DNA of 63,763 nt, filler included. It is 13 parts of 13 records of this genome, joined end to end, with 100 filler letters (N's around TTAATTAATTAA, not from the genome) between each part and the next. Parts side by side here need not be neighbours in the genome. Positions count along the whole stretch, not along the records: positions 56,959 to 60,638 come from SRR15195285_2513; positions 60,739 to 63,763 come from SRR15195285_2631; 11 more parts are not named here. The stretch is one strand, 5' to 3'. The notes under the pieces are model-generated. The model saw only the letters and a list, made by a program, of their open reading frames with translations, made no database searches and was not told where the DNA came from. Of this stretch, positions 56,959 to 63,763 are shown piece after piece (the first letter of the stretch is position 1; each line of letters starts with the position of its first letter). Position numbers and translations under genes: made by a program.

Positions 56959-58863
56959 AGATCCAACGTGTCGCACGTGGCAAGCACGCGCGCGAACGAC
57001 TTCGGCGCGAGCGGGAGGCTGCCATTGCAGTACAGAGAGAATTGGCGACCATTACAATTCAACGTGTTCACCGTGGGAGGCAAGGGCGAAAGGTTTACCA
57101 CTCCAAGAGACAGGAGCAAGCAGCAACCAAGTGCGCCAAACTCTGCGCTGCCAACCTTATTTCGACCAACTGTTGTACTTGACATGCATTGCCTGTGAAT
57201 TTCCAGGATTCAAGCAGCATCTCGCCGTAAGGCTGCGAGGGCCACAGTAGCTGCAATCAGACACCAGAAGCAAGTCGAACACAATGCTGCTGTCAGCATT
57301 CAATGCTTCTGGAGACGCAAAATGTCTGAGAGAGCTCTGGAACGGCGTAAGGCAGCCCGGCGTTTAGAGAAGCGACGCTCTGCCGCATTGGAAATTCAGG
57401 TGCGCACGCGTGCTGCGGCTAGTCCACTACGGTCGTACGTACACGCTCAGTTGCTGCCCAGTCTTGCGGTGATGCTCATTCGCGTCATTATCCTGGCTGT
57501 GCACGAATGACCAGACAAAATGGCGTGGTCGAATTGCACGTAAATGGATGCACCGCGAGCGGAAGCGGTGGAAAAAAGCTGCGCGCAGTCTCCATGCGGA
57601 AGTGTTTTCCAACTGGTTCGACAACACAGATCGATATGTGCATGATCACGAGGTAAGAATTGCATTTGGCCGCCTCGGGCACTGTGCGCCTGAACGCTCC
57701 AGATACCTCAGATACAAGATGCTCAATTCTTGTGTTTCCGGCTTGGCTTGACTCGTGCAGGATGCCGAATGGAAATGGCCGTATGAGCAATCAGAGGAAT
57801 GGCGTGGAAACATCCACGCTGCCTATTTGGCCGGCAAAGAGGTAATCGCTCTTTAAACATCAGTTCCGTGCGGGGCGGCTCGACTGACAGATGGTGTGCC
57901 GGTGACTCGGAGCAGTTGCGGAACAAGCGGTATGCATTGTTGCAACAGCGTTTGGCAGCAGGTCCCGGTGCTGAGGCACACCGCAGTGACACACGTGGGA
58001 GTAGTAAGCGAGGAATGTCAAAGCGGCAGAACAGCAGCAACCAAGCAAGCCGTAAAACTTCGAGACAGGTGCGTTGATTGATAATGCTCGTTGTGCGGAG
58101 ACATCAGCATCGTCGATCTTGGTGCAGTTAGAGGAAGCTGGTGTTTTAGTGCCCCAGCGACTTGGGGTTTATCTGAAACTTCTGCACATGACGGTTGACG
58201 TCCCGGTGTACTGTATTCCATCGCTCAGGCTTCCACAGCTCATTCGCGAGGCCGAGCAACAGATGTGCAAGCTGGGAAGAGCAAGCAGACACAGAGAGTG
58301 TACAGCAGCGTACAGGGCATCCTGCGTACGCTGGTGCAGCGGGGGATCTTTGAGGAGACCGGATTGCCTGTGGACACTGGTGGCCTGCGCAAAATCAGTC
58401 AGAACCAAACAGGTGAAATGGCTGCCTATCGCATACCTACCTATCATCCGTTCTGTGCGGCGAGAGTCACTCTGCGAACGCCCTACATCCTTTTGCGCAT
58501 GACCAGCACGAGTGCTAACATCGCTAACATTGTACTGCACTGCGTTGAACGACTTCTGCAGGGCAAGCAGGAGGCAGCAGGTCATCGCTATCTGACCTAC
58601 ACCTCAAAAAGGTCCTCGTGGCACCCCGGGCGCACTCCACCTTACCCTGGAGCGAAGGCACTGGCCAACCACCATCGGGCCTGGTGATGCCAAGAGCAGC
58701 ATCGGCCCCGCCTACGGATGAGCACGGTGACTTCTACGGTGAAGCTGGTGCCGGCGACACTGCCGGTGCTGGCGCCCCTGGAGGAGCTGCTGTCGGAGTG
58801 CGAGGAGCCCAGCAGCTGCGGCGGGAGGCATGGCACGCGGAGACTGCGGGAGCTGGCGAGTGA
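56959..58863 (+). CDS. Multi-exon IQ-motif protein, partial; exon structure unresolved
   Basis: IQAASRRKAAR, IQCFWRRKMSER and spliced IQ|TKWRGRIARK across GT-AG introns; 3' boundary uncertain. Confidence 0.5.
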
Positions 58864-59027
58864 TAGCTCTCGGCAGTAGTTTTCGGCACTGGCGGAGCGA
58901 ATGTTTTGATTGCACAAGTCGTGGCGCCGATCGATAGATCAATTGCGACGGGACTTGTGACAGTTTCTGTATCACATCACGTGAAAGGGCTTGTTCTTGT
59001 TTCATTTTGTGTCACGGGCCGACTGGA

Positions 59028-60455
59028 TCAGATAAACATGGCAGAACGAGCGCGCCGCATGCCCCCTGCCGCCTTTTTGCGTGCACGCGCCTTCGCTGCC
59101 GCCGTCATGATCTCGCCCTCGGACTCTGAACTGTCATCGTTGTCATCGCCGTCATCGCTGTCATCATATCGGTGGCCACCGTGGCCCAACTTGCTGCGTG
59201 CGGCATTCACGCGACTGGTTCGACTTTGTGATGCCCTACCCTGCTCGCTAGCGGTGCCAGTGTGCTCACGGGCAGTCGTACTACCAATTTGTTCTTCTCT
59301 TCTACCGGGTGGAACTACAGAGGAGCTCCGCTCAGCATCAGTATTTTCAGGTTCAGACATTCTGGGACGTTTGCGGCTGCCGTCAGTAGTCGTACCACTG
59401 GTGCTGGTACATGCGGTGCAGCTGTCGGTCTCCTCTACAGACGCGGATGCGTTACGATGCCGAGCCACGGCGGCGCGTTCCAGCCGCGCTCGCCGTTCAT
59501 CTGCATGCATGCGTATCAGTGCAGCTTGCCGCCGTGCTTCCTCCTCACGCAGCCGCTGCAAGGACAAAGCAACCATCACGCAGACACAAAGATGCTGAAG
59601 CCGAGTGGTTCAGTGGAGCCCCCTCCCCGCGCACACCCAACGCTCACTATATACAACAAGCATACCTTGGCTTCCTCTCTCCGCTCACGAGATTTGGTCA
59701 TTTCGTCAGTGGCGGATCTGCAGTCGGTTGTTGCGACCACACACAACAGCCACCTGGTAACTGTATGCAGTCGGGTGCCACGTGCATGCACGTGACAGCC
59801 GACCGCAGATGCCGGTATCACGACCCACGTGATCACTATGCGTTTTACTCACAGTCCAGTCGTCCATGTCCGAGTGCGGTTTCTCAAGAGCTCAGCTGTC
59901 ATCGCTTGCAGGAGCTTCGTCCGCTCATCATGGTCGAGCAGCTGATCGCGAGCACGGCCCAGCCCTGCAATTTGCGGCCCAAATTAGCCAACACAACATA
60001 AATGCAGCGCGCAGCACGGCTCAATCACTCACGATGAAACGCGCGCTCTGCATCCTCAGTCTGATTTTTGTCTGGATGGCAGCACAGCGAGAGCTGCAAA
60101 GCGATCGACACATGCTTATTGTAGCGAGAGCATCGTGCCAGCACACCGGCGAGCGCAGCACCCGCAACAACGTAGGCAAGCAGCGCACCCGACGGTACTG
60201 CCGCGTGATAGTGGAGTCGTCAACGTCCCACTTGGGCCGATCGAGCGCGTCGAGCCCTGGGCCAGGCAGTTTCTGTACAGCAGGAGCGTTGCCTGTCAGT
60301 ACTGACAGTGACGCCGCCGCATCGGGCGAGAGTGGCGCCCTTCAGGAGGTTGCAGCTGCGCTCTCATGGTTGGTGGCTACGGTACGCACCAGCAGCACGA
60401 ACGGGTCGTCGCCTGCTTCCAGTATGGCCTGGACGCGCTGATCCGCTGAAGCCAT
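59028..60455 (-). CDS. J-domain (DnaJ/Hsp40 class C) protein, multi-exon
   Basis: Manual splicing gives DPFVLL|K...DDSTITRQYRR|LSLCCHPDKNQTEDAERAFH|RLGRARDQLLD; HPD codons at 60070-60078. Mostly missed by the ORF track because the exons are short. Confidence 0.8.
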
Positions 60456-60738
60456 CGCGGTCGGGAGGGACAGGGAGGCTCGGCTAGCGCGTCCTCCTTC
60501 CGCTGCTTCACACCAATTTCGCAACCAAGCCGCCGCTCAGAAAGTTGTCCGCAAGCTCGACAAACTGATTCCTGGTCTAACTGGACACAGCTGTGTATGA
60601 TAATATACACGCTACCGTGTAGTGCCAAATTATTAACCNNNNNNNNNNNNNNNNNNNNNNNNNNNNNNNNNNNNNNNNNNNNTTAATTAATTAANNNNNN
60701 NNNNNNNNNNNNNNNNNNNNNNNNNNNNNNNNNNNNNN

Positions 60739-61074
60739 CAGCTTCTGGGCTGCGTCGCTGCATTGGTAGCCCTGCATGTCGACACCCCAGTAAGCTAGCA
60801 CTTTCAGGTCTGGGTTCGCGCGCTTCAGCTGCCGTGCCGTGGCGAGCTGCCCCTGCTCAGTCGTGTCCCCGTCGCTCTCCAGCGTACACTTTTCGAGTGA
60901 GACAGCCACGTAGTGTGTGGCGATGAATTTGGCCTCGGCGTCTGTCAATTTGTGAGGCGTGCGGAAGTCCGCCCACATCATCGTCGTCAGCGGCCCCCAC
61001 TCGTGGCTCAGCGGGGTAGCCGCGGCCTGGCCAACGAGCAGTAGCAGCCAGAGCACCGAACGCCCCATCACCAT
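60739..61074 (-). CDS. Secreted putative glycoside hydrolase (GHL15/GH168-like N-terminus), 3'-truncated
   Basis: Signal peptide; LTDAEAKFIATHY..VSLEKC...TARQLKRANPDLKVLAYW. Confidence 0.6.
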
Positions 61075-61296
61075 GCACCTCGCTCGTACGAGCTGCGTAC
61101 AATATCGACGGAGCCGTGGCGCCGGCCGCCGCCCCGGCGCGCACGCGAAACGTCACGCCGGCTCATCAAATTGCATGATTTTGCATGTGTACAGCAGTAC
61201 ATGTACTAGTAGCTAGATGGGTAGATCTATAGATCTACAACTGTACAGTACTGAAAACTCGTACGCGGCGCGTCCGACGCGCGACTGTGCGCTGCC

Positions 61297-63313
61297 ATGG
61301 CGCTGCTGGCCGCCTTTCTGCTGGGCGCTGCCGGCCCTGCACTCAGTCTGACTCGCGCCGCCGGCAACGTCAGCTGGACGAGCTTCGGTGCGAATGTGTC
61401 GATGACAGCCACAAGCCGTGGTGCGGTGTGCGAAGACGGACGACCCGCGCCTCAGGCCTACCTGATGAACATGTTGTTCAACGATCACTATACCCAGGCC
61501 GGGAAGACCGTGGACCTCAGTGGTCTTCCTGCGGTGGATACTCAGAGCGTAGCGTAAGTCCACTTTGGAACGCACTCGTCGAGTGGACGCAAACATGCCT
61601 GAAAAATGCTACGGTTCGACGGCCTCTCGCTCACGCAGCCCGTGTGCCCGTGCAACAGCACAGGTTACGGTCACGGTGGATGGGCGGGAGACGAAGGGTT
61701 CGGCACACCGCCGTCGGCAACAGGGCCATGGTGTGACAAGAAGACCCACGCCAACTGCGTCCCGCAGTTCATTTTCGGCAATGGCGGTGTTCCCCAGAAC
61801 AAGTCGTACTCGAACGACGGCCCACTGATGCAGCAGCACCTCAGAACGTTGCAAGTTGCCGCTGATCTGACGATCCCACTGGATTGGGATGGGATCATCG
61901 GCTTTGATTGGGAGGGCTGGACGCCAGTCTACGATGGCTTCCTCTTTACCGGCTACCGAAACAAGTCGATGGACATCGTCCGCGCTGCCCATCCTGATTG
62001 GACGAACGAGACAGTGATTGAAGCAGAGGCCGCCAAAGAGTTCAACGCAGCTGCTCAAACTTTCTACAAGACGACTCTCTCTTTCCTGAGGAAGATTCGA
62101 CCCAACGCGCGGCTCGGGTTCTACGGTTCCCCGTCTTACGGAACCTGGGGCAACTGGTGGAACCTATCGGCGACTGACGATCGCCCGATCAAGTCGGTGC
62201 AACAGCACGACGACAGTCTTGGTGCGCTTCGCTGACTTGCAAATGCACCTGTTCATTCGCGAATGCTGCCATTGCAGCGCTGGAATGTCTGCGGGTCTAG
62301 TAATAGCTCACGCCAACAATTACGCGATGTACGTGCGGCGTCGGTGGATGTCGATTCAGCTTGGCTGTGGCAGCTGGTGGACGTGCTCATGCCCGAGCTG
62401 TACATATCAAAGGACAATGGCGGAATGTTCATTCGTGGCACGCTGACCGAAGCAGGCAAGTGTCGCCAAGCATCCGTCAAGTATTAGAGCAGCCGGTCGT
62501 TAGTCTCGATGGTACCTCACAGCTGTTTTCACACTTTGCTAACCTTTGCCATGCCGTGCGCGCAGAACGCATCGTAACGGCTGCTCGAGCGGCTGGCAAC
62601 AAGAAGCTTACCATCGTGCCGTACACTTGGATTCGCTACAGCCATGCGGCGCCAGGCGCTGCGAGCCAACAGTTCCTCGACGAAGCTCATCTCCGAGACG
62701 TGCGATTCGTGCCCTGCTGTTGGGCTGCTACAGTCTGTCCGTATTGCTAGTAGCAGAAATTCTTTGTCTGTGGTCAGCCTGAAACGGTTTGCACCTGCAG
62801 GAGTTTGAGGCCATCTTTGAGTTCCCTCACGTAGAGGCTGCGTTGATTTGGGGCGATCCTGCAGTCGGCCATGTAACCATCGACGACATCCACTCGGCGT
62901 TCACCAGACCTGACGGGATGAAGGCGCTGATTGCTCGAGTTGGGAAAGCGAAGTGTGACTGTGCCAAATCCATGTGCAGCGGCCACGGTCGCTGCTACGG
63001 AATCGGTTCCGAAGCTTCACCAGGTGGGTACTCAGCATGTGAGTGCTTTGAAGGCTATAGCGGTCCTAATTGCACACAGACGGTTCGGAACGCGAATTTG
63101 GAAGCTGAAGACGAGGTGATGGAATCGCTGGCTGGAAACACTACGTGCCCAGACGGTGTATCTTTCTGTCCCGCAGACAGTACTTGTGGGCAGCACTATT
63201 CAGGGCGATGGGGCTGCTGCCCGCTGAGCGAGGCGGTGCTGTGTGGAGACGCTCTACACTGCTGTCCCTCTGGAACGAAGTGCGACGCCGGCGCGGGCGT
63301 TTGCTACCAGTAG
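61297..63313 (+). CDS. Hyaluronidase-like GH56 enzyme with EGF-like and granulin domains, multi-exon
   Basis: Signal peptide; NGGVPQN; GFDWEGW catalytic motif (61906-61914); YRNKS...HPDW...AAKEFNAAA; RPNARLGFYG; CSGHGRC...CECFEGYSGPNC; granulin C-x6-C...CCPL...C.D..HCCP.G..C. Confidence 0.88.
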
Positions 63314-63763
63314 AAGAGTGTAGCGGCGGCGTGATTCGAATCGATTCGCTGTTGCGGAGTGAGATTAGCAATTCTGTCAATTCATTCCCGCTTCATTTGT
63401 TGCTGCACCCATCCAAATCGATCACATAGTCTAGTGCACAATCATGCAGCTGTTGAGATCAGTCAACCAGCTTGACAAGCAGCGTGCCAGCATGATCTGT
63501 GTACTTGCAGTTTGTGCAGGCCGTCTTTCCCCCTCGCCTCCAAGGGCGATTGGCACAACCCTCGTCGCCCGTCACGAGGTCCGCAGCAAGTCCTAGGCGC
63601 CAGCATTGTAAATGATACGCAGGATGGACTCCGGTAGAAGTTGAATCAATGCAAAGTCAGCAGTGCATTCGTGACATATCATCTGGGAACTCTGCCACCA
63701 CGCTACTAGTACGTCTAGCCGTCTACTACGACGCCGATAGATCATAGATCTGACAGGCGTGAC

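Noticed and set aside
63314-63763. Possible additional gene at the window end
   Set aside because: No convincing open frame or motif on either strand

Overview
This window is not one locus. It is 13 short contigs joined by artificial 100-bp spacers (N44-TTAATTAATTAA-N44), so only within-contig neighbourhoods are meaningful. The DNA is GC-rich and gene-dense, with short canonical GT-AG introns (donors often GTGCG/GTGAG), consistent with a unicellular eukaryote, probably an environmental protist bin. The lineage cannot be assigned from sequence alone. Recognisable genes: COQ2, an MLO protein, a zf-C3HC/Rsm1 (NIPA-like) protein, and J-domain, IQ, EF-hand, WW, LRR, ankyrin/F-box and giant coiled-coil proteins. 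There is also a large set of glycan-degrading enzymes: GH27, GH33 sialidase, sulfatase, heparinase II/III, GH56 hyaluronidase-EGF-granulin, a GHL15-like protein, an LPMO-like protein and two unclassified GH-like proteins. The standout is the minus-strand gene at 52998-56219. It encodes MORN repeats, a UBL, and a conserved uncharacterised domain interrupted by a near-canonical ubiquitin. The ubiquitin C-terminal LRGG is fused directly to Cys1 of a 170-aa Hint/mini-intein with all canonical splicing residues (C1, TxxH, HN, +1 Thr). This is a candidate self-activating, E1-independent ubiquitin thioester/splicing system. All family calls come from motif recognition by eye, not from database searches.
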